Source: Octopus vulgaris (taxonomy: Eukaryota). Taken from it: a stretch of DNA of 64,000 nt. The position numbers were made by a program, and so were the translations under genes. The notes beneath the pieces are model-generated. The model did not search any database. It worked only from the letters and a program-made list of their open reading frames with translations, and was not told where the DNA came from. The DNA lies in NCBI GenBank assembly GCA_951406725.2, contig OX597814.1:4774001-4838000 (forward strand), read 5' to 3'. Below are positions 42,196 to 56,728 of the stretch, in pieces (within the stretch, counting starts at the first letter, position 1; each line of letters begins with the position of its first letter).

Positions 42196-42519
42196 AGCGC
42201 ATGTATGTGTGTATGAGTGTGTGTGCTTGCAAGTGCGTGTTCGTGTGTGTCTGTGTGTTCGCGTGTGTGTCTGTAAGTGCATGAACGCGTGTGAGTGTGT
42301 GTGTTTGTAAGTGCGTTTACATTTGTGTGTATGCATGTACGTGTATGCGTGTGAGTGCGTGTGCATGAGCGTGCAGGTGTGAGCGCGCGCGAGCGGGGGC
42401 GGGGTGGCTTCTGTGTAAAGTTGAAGCTAAAAACACTTCAATTTTTCCTCTGATCTTCGTATACAACACTTTTCAATTTGTGTCTCCAAACCTATTTAAC
42501 AAACAAACAAACAAATAAC

Positions 42520-42712
42520 CGTTTCTACTCTAGGCACAAGGCCTGAAATTTGTGGGGAGGGGGATGAGTCAATTATATCGACCCCAGTGTTTGATTGGTA
42601 CTGTATTTATCGACCCCGCAAGGATGAAAGTCAAAGTCGACCTCGGCGGAATTTGAACTCAGAACGTAGCGGCAGACGAAATACCGCTAACGATTCTGCC
42701 AGCTCACCACCT
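42520..42712 (-). mobile_element. SINE family C
   Basis: Shared central domain. Confidence 0.8.
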
Positions 42713-42720
42713 TAATAATG

Positions 42721-42774
<54 letters not shown>

Positions 42775-42777
<3 letters not shown>

Positions 42778-43332
42778 GCCCTGATGCAGTACCAGGCAGT
42801 GGCTCTCATGGCTTCTGATCTTAACTGATTGGAAGTGTTATCATGTACATTGTTTTGTCTTGGTATAAAAGATGGGCTACAGCAAATATTCTGCTCAATA
42901 CCACGGATTTGCTTGTCAGTTGTTTGACCTTAACCAGTTGAGCATGTCCCTTAGTGGCTGACGATATGTGCATCTCTGATCACGAGCAGAAGTAGTGGGG
43001 GAGCATCATAGCCATGTGTTGAGAGGGATTCTTTGGGGTTTGAATAATTCACCTCTGGAAACATGGGTGGTTCTTTCAACATCCTTAACAACCCTTATTC
43101 AGGGACCGTTTGAGCGGGATGGGCTACTCAACCTGAAGAAAATTCTAACTGGGCCCCACCTGCAAGGTCATGTGCTGTTTATCTTGATATGAGATCACCA
43201 TGTCGCGCACATATGGTTGTGATGCATGTACCTAGTGTAACCTTATCAGACGGGTATTCATGATGGGTATACTTGGGCTTCGTATATTTTACCCCAGTGT
43301 CACTTTGATGGCATGCAACTGCTCTCTCACTC
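42775..43332 (+). mobile_element. 555-bp TAA element, full copy
   Basis: Reverse complement of 3298-3854; (aat)n on both sides. Confidence 0.85.
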
Positions 43333-43368
<36 letters not shown>

Positions 43369-43427
43369 TATAATAATAATAATGATGATGATGATGATGA
43401 TGATGATGATAATAATAATGAATATAA

Positions 43428-43646
43428 TGATGCAGTACCAGACAGTGGCTCTCCTGGCTTCTGAACTTAACTGATTGGAAGTGTTATCATGTACATTGTT
43501 TTGTCTTGGTATAAAAGATGGGCTACAGCAAACATTCTGCTCAATACCACAGATTTGCTTGTCAGTTGTTGGACCGTAACCAGCTGAGCATGTCCCTTGG
43601 TGGCTGACGATATGTGCATCTCTGATCACGTGCAGAAGTAGTGGGA
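43428..43646 (+). mobile_element. 555-bp TAA element, 5' part
   Basis: Matches 42782-43000. Confidence 0.8.
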
Positions 43647-43849
43647 AATTCTTTTCTCCCTTTTGTCATTTCTCTAGCCTCAATCTTGATAAAGAGCCAA
43701 TGCCTGAAATAGTGATATTTTCTTGTTTTAACAATTTTTAATACACTAACTTGACTTTTATTGTAAATAAATTAATATTTACCTTGGATTCTCGTGGATT
43801 CTGGATTATACATATACACATATATACATATATGTATGTAGTTTTATTC

Positions 43850-43922
<73 letters not shown>

Positions 43923-44107
43923 TGCATTTATCTATCCATGCATATACACGTACACACTTGCACGATTTTATGTGTGTGCATATATATATACATATATACA
44001 CATATAGATATAAGTGCGTATATATATATATATGTATACACACACATACGTACATAGATTCATATACACATATATGTGTGTATGTATATATATGTGTGTG
44101 TGTAATA

Positions 44108-45250
44108 TATTGGGTTGACAAGAAAGTAATTTCGGTTTTTTTTTTAGTGATAAATAAAAGTTGTTTTGTTTCATACAAAGAATGAACTTCAATCAATTAT
44201 ATAATTTTCCATTTTGTTCGACGACCTTTTGCCATCTTTCTGGCAACTTCATGATTCCAGGCTCTTAGAACTTCTGGTCCGCATCAGCCCAAAACTGAAG
44301 CAAGTCCGATTTCAGGTCATCATCATTATTGAAAGTTTTACCATTTCAAAGAATTTTACAAACTTTGAAATAAATGGTAATCTGATGGTGCAAGGTCAAG
44401 GCTATATGGTGGATATGGCATCACTTCCGAACCATGCCCAAGAATTATTCACGAGTTAGCAAAGATGTGTGGGTCTAGCATTGTCATGGTGAAACACGAT
44501 TCCTGTACGATTTGCCAATTCTGGGCGTTTTTCTTTGATTGTTTCCTCCAGTTTCATTAGTTGTTGACAGTAAACAACTGAATTGATCGTTAAGTTCCTT
44601 GGAAGCAGCTCAAAATACACAATACCTTTGTAATCACACTTTTTTATGCAATTCAGCTTTCGATGTGATTTGTGCCGGTTCATTTTGCTTGGAGTATGAT
44701 CGTTTTCGATTGATATCATTGTAGACAATCCATATTTCATCACCACTGATGATTCTTTTCAAAAAGAGGTCGATTTCATTGCGTTTAAGGTGCATATTGC
44801 AAATATTAATTCATTGTGTTAAGTGAATTTTTTTCAGTTTGTGGAACCCAAAAATCGAACTTCTTAACGAGTCCAAGACATTTTAACTGATTTTTCAGTT
44901 GTTGTGTGATACATTTAACCAACCTCTCTGCAATCTCTCGCACAGTTATATGACAATCAGATTCAATTATGGCTTTGATCGGTCATCATCAACTTCACTA
45001 GATCGACCAGAACATTGGTCATCTTTATGCGAAAAATCTCTAGAACGGAATTTTAAAACCATTTCTGACATATGCATTGTGTTAAGCAATCAACACCATA
45101 GTCTTCACATATCCCTTTGCGAGCTTCGGTAGCTTTCTTGCCTTTACGGAAATAAAAAAAAAAGCAAAATATGGCGAAAATGTTCGATTTTGCACTCCAT
45201 GTTAAAATTGCCACTGAACAAAATTACGCGCAATTTACTACTAAAGTAAG
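44108..45250 (-). mobile_element. Degenerate mariner transposon
   Basis: tattgggttg TIR-like end; ORF with GIVYFELLPRNLTINSVVYCQQLMKL...IVFHHDNARP; right boundary approximate. Confidence 0.85.
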
Positions 45251-45399
45251 CTAAGAGTAACGGCTATCAAATGTCAAAAGACAAAAATCATAATATTGAT
45301 AAAAGTCATTCAATGCTTAGCTATGTTTCGACCAAAGATTGGTCCAGGCCATGTCTAACTTAATAGCACCACCTCATAGGATTATCTAAATCCTTTTTA

Positions 45400-45570
45400 A
45401 GTCAAGTTTTGTTTATGGTCCATTCAAGTAGTGAGTTTTTGTTGAGTAAGTTGTATCCAGGTATGGGTGACTTATCAGGTATTCCTTGAAGAAATCTGTC
45501 CAGACTCCGTTTAAAGTTGATGGGATCATTTTCCTCCTTAATCTCTTTCGGGACAATGTTAACAGGGCAG
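45400..45570 (-). mobile_element. CR1-group LINE 3' fragment
   Basis: NIVPKEIKEENDPINFKRSLDRFLQGIPD. Confidence 0.55.
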
Positions 45571-45789
45571 AAATGTAAACAGAAAGAATGTAAAGATATA
45601 TATATATAAGCTAAATGACATGAAATGAAATAAAAACATATATGTATATATATATATGTGTGTGTGTGCACACATATATATATGTATCTATCTATATGTG
45701 TGTGTGTGTGTGTATGTATGTATGCATGCAAGTATGTATGGTTGTATGGATGCATGTATGTACTACGTATGTATGCATGATTAAATGTA

Positions 45790-46030
45790 TCGTGTGAGGA
45801 ATTTGGACAAACAATCACTCTTAAGAAGACCGTGGTCATGCTACGGCCTGCATCGGGCAAACCATACACCCCACCCTTGATGTACGTCGAGGGTAAAAAG
45901 TTAAATGTCGGAAATACATTTGGCTACCTTGGTGTCATGCTATCTAGATTTAGCACACAAGACGAGGAGGTCAGTTATAGATTGTCTAAGGCTTGTGAAT
46001 GCCTTTGGAAAGCTTGAATCGAAGCTCTGA
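45790..46030 (+). mobile_element. RTE-like LINE fragment
   Basis: FGQTITLKKTVVM...KKLNVGNTFGYLGVMLS...DEEVSYRLSKA. Confidence 0.6.
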
Positions 46031-46392
46031 CTGCAATCGGATATATATACATATCACGTGATTGATTACATTATCGGATGTTGTTATATATTGCTTATCA
46101 AAATGCGTTTTGCATCATCTGGTCAGGCGTTCAGGCCCCACCCCCGCTCCCTGGTCGAAAGGCCAGTCCGTCGCAGTGTGTCCTATTTATAACTGAGTGG
46201 ACTGGACCAACGTGAAATGAACTGCTTTGCTCAAGAACACAGCACGCAGCCAGTCTGGGATTCGAAAGCACGATCTCACCATCGTGGCTACAACACGCCT
46301 AAACAGGCCACGTGCCTTCGCACGCATGCACACACACGCACACACATACACACGCACGCACACACACGTACGCACACACAAACACACATATA

Positions 46393-47270
46393 TACTAGAT
46401 TTAATCAATAAGTATCCGGACTGTTGCCATAGTAACGAAGCTAAAGCACGCAGAGTGAAGCCGCGTGGCACAGATTGATCTTGAACTAAGTTTCAATGTT
46501 CTAGATCACTTCCGCTGTTTAAAGCAGTGCTTGGAAGGAAGGTGTGTAGCGTGTGCTCGTCACATTGACCATGACAGAGAACGTTCTCATGGCGATACCT
46601 GCTCCGAGGCCTACGCAAAGTCGCAGAAAGTGAAAGGAGAGGAGTGTATGAGTCGCACACAAGTGTACGAGTGGTTCAGACGTTTCTAAGATGGCCGAAA
46701 AAATGTCGATATTGACGAACGTTCTGGGAGAACCGCAACCAGCAGAACTGAGAAAAATATCGCAGATGTACGTGCAGTTGTGAGAGGAAATCGTTGAATC
46801 ACCATCCTTGAGTTATCAGAGGATATGCAGATTAGTTACGGTTCAGCCCAGTCTATTATCACTGAAGGGTTGGGTGTGAGACGCTTGTCTGCTAAGCTTG
46901 TGTCAAAACTGTTTTCAGCTGAACAAGAAAACACTTGGGTTTCAGTCGCACAAGATTTCCTTGATTGTGTCGAGAACGATGGAAACTTGTTGAAACCTTT
47001 GTGTAGGCCTCGGAGCAGGTATTGTGAAATTTTTGGCAAAGTGTGATGCAGATTCTCTGCTCAACTTTCTCTGTCATGGTCAATGCGACGATCACACGCT
47101 ACACACCTTCCTTCCAAGCACTGCTGTAAATAGCAGAAATGAGCTAGAACATTAAAGCTTAGTGCGCATGCACATCAGAGTTCAAGATCAATATGTGCCA
47201 AGCGGCTTCACTCTCCGTGCTTTAGCCTCGTTACTATGGCATCAGTCCGAATACTTATTGATCAGACCAC

Positions 47271-47273
<3 letters not shown>
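46393..47273. mobile_element. Mariner-derived non-autonomous element built from two inverted 5' ends
   Basis: Long inverted ends (tcaataagtatccggactgttgccatagtaacg...). Mariner HTH relic (SRTQVYEWFRRF...ERSGR) on +; MTEKVEQRICI start on -. Confidence 0.8.
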
Positions 47274-47319
<46 letters not shown>

Positions 47320-47322
<3 letters not shown>

Positions 47323-48320
47323 TACAAAATTAGAGAATGGAGAAACATACTTAAATCAATAAAACATCAACTATCCGATGATACCCAATCAATACTTTAA
47401 TACACCATTACATATGAGTAAAGGCATTATACAAAATGAGATATACAGTAATAGTAAAAAGATAATATAATGTTTTATTGGATATACGTCCTGGAGACTC
47501 GATATTCTTTTTATTTGAAGATTATTAGAAGATAAAACAAAAACTTGATAAAAATTGATGCTTTATTTGAATCATTTCAATTGGTAAAAAGAATTGACTG
47601 TGAAGTGTGTGTTGTGTTGACAATTGTTTTGTAGGTCCGAGGAAAATTCAAGCGAAGTTGGGGAAGCAAATGGCTGTGGTAAGAGTGGAAACCTGAAAAT
47701 TATATTTAGTGGAGAATTTTCGTTGTTGATTTGGCGACGTGCGTGTGTTACTTAGGATGCGTAGAGTGTTCAGTTACCTCTTGTGTTGTATGTATTGTTT
47801 GAAAACCATGCCTTTAAACCTCGCAAAGTGATGACGTTTGGAAGAGTGGAAAAGTTTTGTAGTTGACGTGTACAATCTCTGGACAGTTGATGAAGTTGTG
47901 GCAGTGTGTGTGTGTGTGTCTGTGTCTGCGTACGTATATGTGTGTATGTGTGCGCGCGCACACTTCGCCGTCTACTCTTAGTTTACGAATGTCGCTTCGG
48001 TGTCTAAGTAAAAAAAAAGGCTACCTTGACTTTTTGCGTATTTTACGAGTTGTGAGATTTCGTCAGTTATGTTCTGTCCGATCTTGTTGGTGTGTAATTT
48101 GAGATATTAAATGGTTTTGTGTTGTGGCTGTAAAAATCTTTCATGAATGATCGCATCATGAATGGCTTATGCAGTGATGAAATCTTTTAATTCAATAAAT
48201 CTGTTTTCTTCGGTCGTTAATCTTGTAATGTGGAATCTTTAAAAGATTTTATGTCGTTTACAAGATTTAAATCGAAACACGATGTATTTATAATATTTTT
48301 ATTCGGTGACCATGCGCAAA
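47320..48320 (-). mobile_element. Highly decayed retroelement relic, possibly Penelope-like
   Basis: AT-rich non-microsatellite block beside (TA)n with coding-like fragments; no intact motif. Confidence 0.25.
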
Positions 48321-48564
48321 GAAATGTTCAGTAAAATCCAGTCTCTGATGTCCTTGGAAGAGATCAGTGTTGTTGCTTAGCGCTGGGGGAAAAGCATTCT
48401 AAGCGTGACCATCCACGCTTTTTTTTCAAAGATAATACAGATAGGGCTACCTTAGCTAATATATCCTTTCAGTCAATAATATGTAATGCAGGCAAATGCG
48501 GTTTCTATCTCTAGTGGATCAACCGATCCGGTCGTTAGAGGGACTGACAAAAATATCTTGTGGT

Positions 48565-48596
<32 letters not shown>

Positions 48597-48618
48597 GCAG
48601 ACAGACAGACAGACATAC

Positions 48619-48753
<135 letters not shown>

Positions 48754-49589
48754 CTTTCCGCAGAGAAGGAAGAGTTATTGGCTGGGTGGGGGGCGTTTAT
48801 CAAGGCCTCCAAAATTGGTGGGAGAGAGTGAGGAAGGAGAATGTCTTGAAACCAGTGATGACTTCAACAAAATACTTCTAACAAACTGGCCCTTTCTAAA
48901 GATACCCACGGTGCCCGGAGGGTCATACTTTAGATCTACTGATCACACAAAAAGCCAACTACAGACGCTGCCACAAGTTTCATTGCCCAGGTTGCAGTCA
49001 CCATGAGTTTGTGGCTGACGACGCTGCAGTGCGGGATCGAACCTGAAACGGCGTAGCTGTAAAGTACTTGGCCCACACAGCCATACAATAATCTGTTTGG
49101 ATTAGCTTTCTACTTTATGCAACAGCCATTGTTCTTGTCACTATTGCTGTGTTTGCTCTTGTCGTTATATAACCCAAGGTCAACCCCTAATGATTCACAG
49201 GTGTTCCAGCCGTGTATTATCGATGGTTCTATTGTCAAATGTGTCCTTCTTGTTTTTGAAAGGATAAAGTGTGATTTGAGGAAGCTTTGGCTGCTATATC
49301 TAACTGATCGAGCGACTACATTGAGACTTACTTACTTGCTCAGTGTTTTGTTTCTGTGTGTTTTCTGTTTGTTTTATTTTCTTTCGGTTGACGTAATTAT
49401 TCTTGTTGTTGTTGTTGTTGTTGTTCTGGTGATGGTGGTGGTGATGGTGGTCGTCGTCGTCGTCATCGTTGGCCATTCTTATTCTATTTAATTACTAAGC
49501 CTCACCTGATTCGTGGCTGGTGTGAAAAAGCTGTCTTAATTCAGAAGAAAAATAAGATTACCAGTTGTCTCCGAGCAGCAGTAGTAGTC

Positions 49590-49657
<68 letters not shown>

Positions 49658-49706
49658 GGTAGTGGTGGTAATAGTAGTGGTGGTGGTGGTGGTGGTAGTA
49701 GTAGTG

Positions 49707-49741
<35 letters not shown>

Positions 49742-50275
49742 GGTGGTAGTAGGTAGTAGTAGTGGTGGTGGTGGTAGTAGTAGTAGTGGTGGTGGTGGTG
49801 GTGGTGGTAGTAGTAGTGGTAGTAGTAGTGGTGGTGGTGGTGGTGGTAGTAGTAGTAGTAGCAGTGGTGGTGGTGGTGGTGGTAGTAGTAGTAGTAGCAG
49901 TAGTAGTAGTAGTAGTGGTACTCCTGCGTTCGTGTAATCCTGTTACCTGTGTCTGGGTGTTGTTGTTTTTAACAATTTCTTTCTTTCATTTTAATAATCT
50001 CAACCACAACAGCAACAGCAACAACAACAATAGCCCTTGCTAATTGTCTGCGCAACAACCAGCAACTTAGAGGAAGGGGGGGCCCAAATCGATTACATCG
50101 ATCCCAATACTCAATTGTTACTTGTTTTTGTCGATCCCCCCGAAAAGATGAAACGCAAAGTCGACCCGGCAGAATTTGAACCCAGAACGTAAAGACGAAC
50201 AAAATGCTGCCAAGAATTTCACCCGATATCTATCTGCCTATCTGTCTCTATCTCTCTCTCTCTCTCTCTCACTCA

Positions 50276-50329
<54 letters not shown>

Positions 50330-50413
50330 CTTAGAATAACTTATATATACATATATAATACATATATATACATATATATACATATATATACATATATATA
50401 TATATATATACAT

Positions 50414-50505
<92 letters not shown>

Positions 50506-50583
50506 CTGAGCGCCATACTAATACAATTGTTTGTTTGTACTCCACCTGCCTTCGTCTTTTGTTTATTTTCATAAAGCTTCACG

Positions 50584-50667
<84 letters not shown>

Positions 50668-50844
50668 CATTCTATGTAAATATTTATCAATCTAGTTATC
50701 TGTTTGTCTGTCTATCTATCTATCTAATCTATTTATCTCTCTATCCATTAATCTATCCACCTATCTATCTATTCTGCCAGCTCGTTGCCAGCTCGTTGCC
50801 ACCTATCTATCTATTCTGCCCAATAATAATAATAATAATAATGA

Positions 50845-51057
50845 TTTCAAATTTTGCCACAAGGGCAGCAATTTTGGGGGAGGGTGATGAGTCGATTATA
50901 TCGACCCCAGTATTTAGCTGGTACTTAATTTATCGACTCCGAAAGGATGAAAGGCAAAGTCGACCTCGGCGGAATTTGAACTCGGAACGTAGCTACGGCC
51001 GAAATACGGCTAAGCATTTCTACCGGCGTGCTAACGATTCTGCCAGCCCACTGCCTC

Positions 51058-51121
<64 letters not shown>

Positions 51122-51310
51122 GTAATAATAATCCTTTCTACTATAGGTACAAGGCCTGAAATTTGGGATGGAAGGGGGATAGTCGAGTACATCGACCCCA
51201 GTGCGTAACTGGTACTTATTTTTTATGAACTCCGAAAGGAGGAAAAGTAAAGTCGACCACGGCGGAATTTGAACTCAGAACATAACTAACGGTGGACGGA
51301 ATGCCACTAA
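50845..51310 (-). mobile_element. Two family C SINEs separated by (AAT)n
   Basis: Shared central domain at 50845-51057 and 51132-51310. Confidence 0.8.
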
Positions 51311-52211
51311 CTTCTTTCTTTTATTCTTTTACTTGTTTCAGTCATTTGACTGCGGCCATACTGGAGTACCGCTTTTAGTCGAGCAAATCGACCGCAGGAC
51401 TTATTCTATCGGTTTTTTTTGCCGAACCGCTAAGTTACGGGGGACTAAGCATAATTATAATGAAAATGGTGGTGGTGGTGGTGGTGGTGGTGGTAATTTC
51501 ATTTTTTGGTCACAAGGGCCCAAACAGGATGGTAACATTACAACAAGAAACTACAAAGGTCGAGAAACCACAAGAAACAGAGGGGTGGGGTGGGGTGGGG
51601 AGACGTTTTGATGGAGTAAAAAAAAACAAACAAAAAGAAAAAAGAGAGAGAATCTGTCGAAATCCCAAACAGGTGTTGTTTTGCAGGAAAATGGTTGTGT
51701 GTCGAGTGCCAGTGTCCCGATTCGAGCCAGGCATCCGATGGAGGTGTACGACTACCTCCGTTTATCCTTCCAATCGCTCGACGCCCACGCACGCTTCCGT
51801 CGCCCACGCACTCACCTCTGTTCTGTATCTCACGACCTCCATCACAGCTTCACCGCCTTCTCCCGCTCTCCCTCTCACTCCCTCTTCTCCTTCTTTCTCT
51901 CCTTCTCTCCTTCTCTCTCTCTCACGCGCGCGCTCGCTCTCCTCCCTTCTCTCTCTTCCTCTCTCTCTCTCTGCTTCTGTCTATCGATTCGCTCGTTTCG
52001 TATACTTAACACCTATGAACATCGCTAGCTTCATTCGTACAAACAAACAAACACGCACACACACGTACACTCGCACACTCACACACACACGTACCCAAAC
52101 GCGCGCACGTACAAACACACTCACTCACACACATCACACATGGAATCTCATTCAACACAGTTTTCTCTTTCGCTTTTCTATCTCTCTCTCTCGCTGTCTT
52201 CTATCTATTAA

Positions 52212-52356
<145 letters not shown>

Positions 52357-52369
52357 ATCTATCTATCTA

Positions 52370-52420
<51 letters not shown>

Positions 52421-52555
52421 AGAGACCGATAGAATAAGAACTGGGCTTACAAAGAATAAGTCCCGGGGTCGATTTGCTCGACTAAAGGCGGTGCTCCAGC
52501 ATGGCCTCAGTCAAATGGCTGAAACAAGTAAAAGAGTAAAAGAGTAAAGAGAGAG
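52421..52555 (+). mobile_element. SINE family A, 3' part
   Basis: Matches 7775-7900. Confidence 0.8.
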
Positions 52556-53570
52556 TATATATGCACATATATATATATACATATATACATATATATATGT
52601 ATATATATATATCATATATATATATGTATATATACATATATATACATATATATACATATATATATATATATGTATGTATGTATATATGTATGTATGTACG
52701 TATGTAAGTATGTATGTATGTGTGTATGTATGTATTCCGATGATGACTTGGCTACTCGAAGCTTCGAAGTCCCTGTCAATACTGTTGTTGTTAAAGAATA
52801 ATAAATTTGTACTTTACCAAATGTACTGAGTAATCTCTCAATTTAATTAAAACCGCATTCATTAAAACGTAAAAACAGAGAGGGGGAGGGGGACATATAT
52901 GTATGTGTGTATGTGTGTATGTACGTATGTATGTGTGTATGCATGTATGTATGTATATATGTATATATGTATGTATGTGTATATGTATGTATGTATGCAT
53001 GCGTGTGTGTATGTATGTATGTATGTATGTGTATATGTATGTATGTATGTGTGTATGTATGTATGTATGTATGTATGTATGTATGTATGTATATATGTAT
53101 ATATGTATGTATGTGTATATGTATGTATGTATGCATGCGTGTGTGTATGTATGTATGTATGTATGTATGCATGCATGCGTGTGTGTATGTATGTGTGTAT
53201 GTATGTATGTATGTGTGTATGTGTGTATGTATGCATGTATGTATGTATGTATGTATGTATGTATGCAACTATGTATGTATGTATATATGTATATATGTAT
53301 GTATGTGTATATGTATGTATGTATGCATGCGTGTGTGTATGTATGTGTGTATGTATGTATGTATGTGTGTATGTGTGTATGTATGTATGTATGTATGTAT
53401 GCATGTATGTATATTCACATACATTCACACTTATATACACAGGCAGCTTCAGCATACACACTCACACACTCACACACACTCACACATGCGTTAACAGTCG
53501 GGCATAAATACACACCAAATACGTACATACGCATACTCGCTATTGCACACGTATATTCTGGGATACCATA

Positions 53571-53615
<45 letters not shown>

Positions 53616-54499
53616 CCCATACGTACACACACACCCATCGTAAACACACCTCCGTACACCCTCACACGCGTTGACATACTCGCTTCACCATACACACACA
53701 TATGTTAATCACACATGCACGCACTCGGAAACGCACACTCGCACATGCATACGCCCACGCACGCACTAACCACCCGTTATATAAACATCGCGCTCAGGTA
53801 CCCCTAATCGCCCACGCACTCACAAAGGTGCGCGCACACACACACACACACGCCTACAGAAATCTCATGTAAACGTAACCTTCATGACATACAACACATA
53901 CACACACACACACGGCCACCCACGCAAACGCAGACACACGCGCATCGGACACGCTAACACACCTTCCTATAAACGCACACACACACACACTCATCCTTTC
54001 ACATATCTGCACATCCCCCCCTTCCGTCCTTCTCTTGTTTTTCCTTTCCCTTTCTCTCCTCCCCACCCCTCCCTCACACATTTTTCTTCTTATCTTCATT
54101 CTTCCTTTCTATCTCTCTCTCCCTCACTCCCTCTCTTTCTCTCCACACTCTCTCCCTCTCTCTCTCTCTCTTTCTTTCTGGCATAGATACAACCCATACC
54201 AACACACACATTCATACGCACACACATAGATGCACCATCATATAGACACACGCACTTGCACACACTGAGCCTTAGACACACAGACATTCACACATCGACA
54301 CGCACAAACGTACATACACAAACTCTTACACACACACACACATGCATGCCAATGTCACTAAATACCTGCAGCGTTTAAGGGCTCTGCTCCTTCGTCTTGA
54401 CTCAGCAAATAAAAACACAAATACACAGACACACTCAAAAGACGCAAAATTTGCTCAACACTCACTCAAACCTATACTGAACACAGATACAGATTCATT

Positions 54500-54850
54500 C
54501 GACCCACACTCAACTCGATCCCACATTCAACTCAACCTCACATTCAACTCAACCCACACTCAACTCAACCCCACACTCAACTCGGTCCCACACTCAACTC
54601 GATCCCACACTCAACTCGACCCCACACCTAACTCGACCCCACACTCAACCCAACCCACACTCAACTCGACCCTACACTCAACTCGACCCAACACTCAACT
54701 TAACCCACACTCAACTCGACCCCACACTCAACTCAACCCTACACTCAACTCGACCCAACACTCAACTCAACCCCACACTCAACTCAACCCCACACTCAAC
54801 TCGACCCCACACTCAACTCAACTCCACACTCAACTCAAACCTACACTCAG
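54500..54850. repeat. ~17-18-bp minisatellite (actcaactcgaccccac)
   Basis: Roughly 20 degenerate units. Confidence 0.9.
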
Positions 54851-55035
54851 CTTATTCCTACACTCAATTATACACATTTGCATATTGGTTCCCTTTCCAA
54901 CGTTGCTATCTCTCCTTTACTCACGAAACACTTCTTTCTCTTCTCACTTTCTCAGATATAGACATTCATAAGCGCAAATATAAGCACACGCATACACACA
55001 AACGCACATACGCATATAACACACACACACGTATA

Positions 55036-55854
55036 TTCAAGGTCTGATCAATAAGTAACGAAACTAAAGCATGCAGAGTGAAGCCGCTATGCAAAGATTG
55101 ACCGTCAACTCTGCTGTGAACGCACACTAAGTTTCATCGTTCTAGCTCACTTTCGCAGTTTACAGCAGTGCTTGGAAGGAACGTGTGTAGCGTGTGATCA
55201 TAGCATTGACCATGACATAGAAAGTCCTCATGGCGATACCTGCTCCGAGGCCTGCACAAAGTTGCAGAAAGTGAAAGGAGGAGTGTGTATGAGCCACACC
55301 CAAGTGCATGAGTGGTTCAGACGTTTCCAAAATGGCCGAAAAATGTCGATATTGACGAACGTTCTGGGAAAAACATTGCAGATGTAAGTGCAGCCGTGAG
55401 GAGAAATCGTCGAATCACCATCCGTGAGTAATCAGAGGATGTGCAGATTAGTTACGGTTCAGTTCAGTCCATTATCACTGAAGGGTTGGGTGTGAGACGC
55501 GTGTCCACCAAGTTTGTGCTAATACTGTTTTCGGCTGACCAAAAGGACACTCGGGTTTCAGTTGTACAAAATCTCCTTGATTGTGTCGAGAACGATGGAA
55601 ACCTTTTTAAAACTTTGTGTAGGCTTCTGAACAGATATTGCCAAGCTTTTCTCTGTCATGGTCAATTCTATGATCACACGCTACACACCTTCCTTCCAAG
55701 CACTGCTGTAAATACCAGCAATGAGCTAGAACGTTAAATCTTAGGCTGCATGCACAGCAGAGTTCAAGATCAATCTGTGCCAAGCGGCTTTACTTTCCGT
55801 GCTTTAGCTTCGTTACTATGGCAACAGTCCGGATACTTATTGATCAGATCATGT
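55036..55854. mobile_element. Second copy of the mariner-derived inverted element
   Basis: Colinear with 46393-47273. Confidence 0.8.
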
Positions 55855-56507
55855 TTATATGCTCATACGTAGATGCACGTAACTTCATACATAAATAAAA
55901 AGAGTAAAACCACCTGTATTTGTGCGCGCGTATGTGTGTGTCTGCATGTAGGTATGTATATATATATATATGCACCATATATATATACATATACGTATAT
56001 TCACATCTATACACCCACAAATGTAGACATTTACATGTATCACATGCATAAATGCATATACGAGTACATATGTATGTGTATGTGTGTGTGTCTGTATGTG
56101 TGTGTATAGTCATAAATAAATAAGAAAAACAACATGAATTTTGTAACATTCCTTGGTTTTGCGACTGTTTCCGCTGCCAACAATCGTGCACCCAGCGGTG
56201 AGTGTTACTGTAACGTCTTTTAGCTTCATCAGAACATTAACTTGAAGTGTTTATCGAACGGACGTGATTGCGTAAACACAGAACATAATTGTAATTTATG
56301 AATATGCTCAGGAAAGCATAAATGTTTGACATATTAGCTCTCCAGAGCACAGTTGTATTCAGAGTTTTATTATGCTTCCTGATGTTGAGAATTTTTTGCA
56401 GGCATGTTAGGTTGAAGGGGTTAAGGTTTTTGCTAAGTCTTTGGGAGCTTGTCCAGGTTTCACAACGGAAAGTGTTGTGGAGTCACCACAACAGTTTGGT
56501 AAACGAA

Positions 56508-56728
56508 CCCTTTCGTTACTGTATTTCTTTTGAGATGCTCCATATTTCTTTCAATTACGTTAAATATAACAAAGAATTTAATAAAATAACTTCGTTACCA
56601 TTAAGCTAGTGCTAAGAACATAAATTGTGACTAAGGTTTGGTGGGAGATTTTAATTCAGAACTTATGAAAACAAGACATGTGTACTACAGAGCCAGAGGC
56701 AGTTTCAGCCGGGTTGGTAACAAAAGGG
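56508..56728. mobile_element. piggyBac-like MITE
   Basis: TIRs ccctttcgttac / gtaacaaaaggg; TTAA on the right side, left site mutated. Confidence 0.6.

Noticed and set aside
42775-43160. HDV-like or hammerhead ribozyme in the 555-bp TAA element
   Set aside because: CTGACGA and CTGAAGA occur but lack a correctly placed GAAA/stem III, and I could not build the HDV nested pseudoknot by eye
43680-43725. Degenerate hammerhead-like string
   Set aside because: Too many core substitutions and no stem I pairing
54342-54971. 209-aa repetitive ORF / CRISPR-like periodicity
   Set aside because: Minisatellite with no unique spacers, in a eukaryotic context
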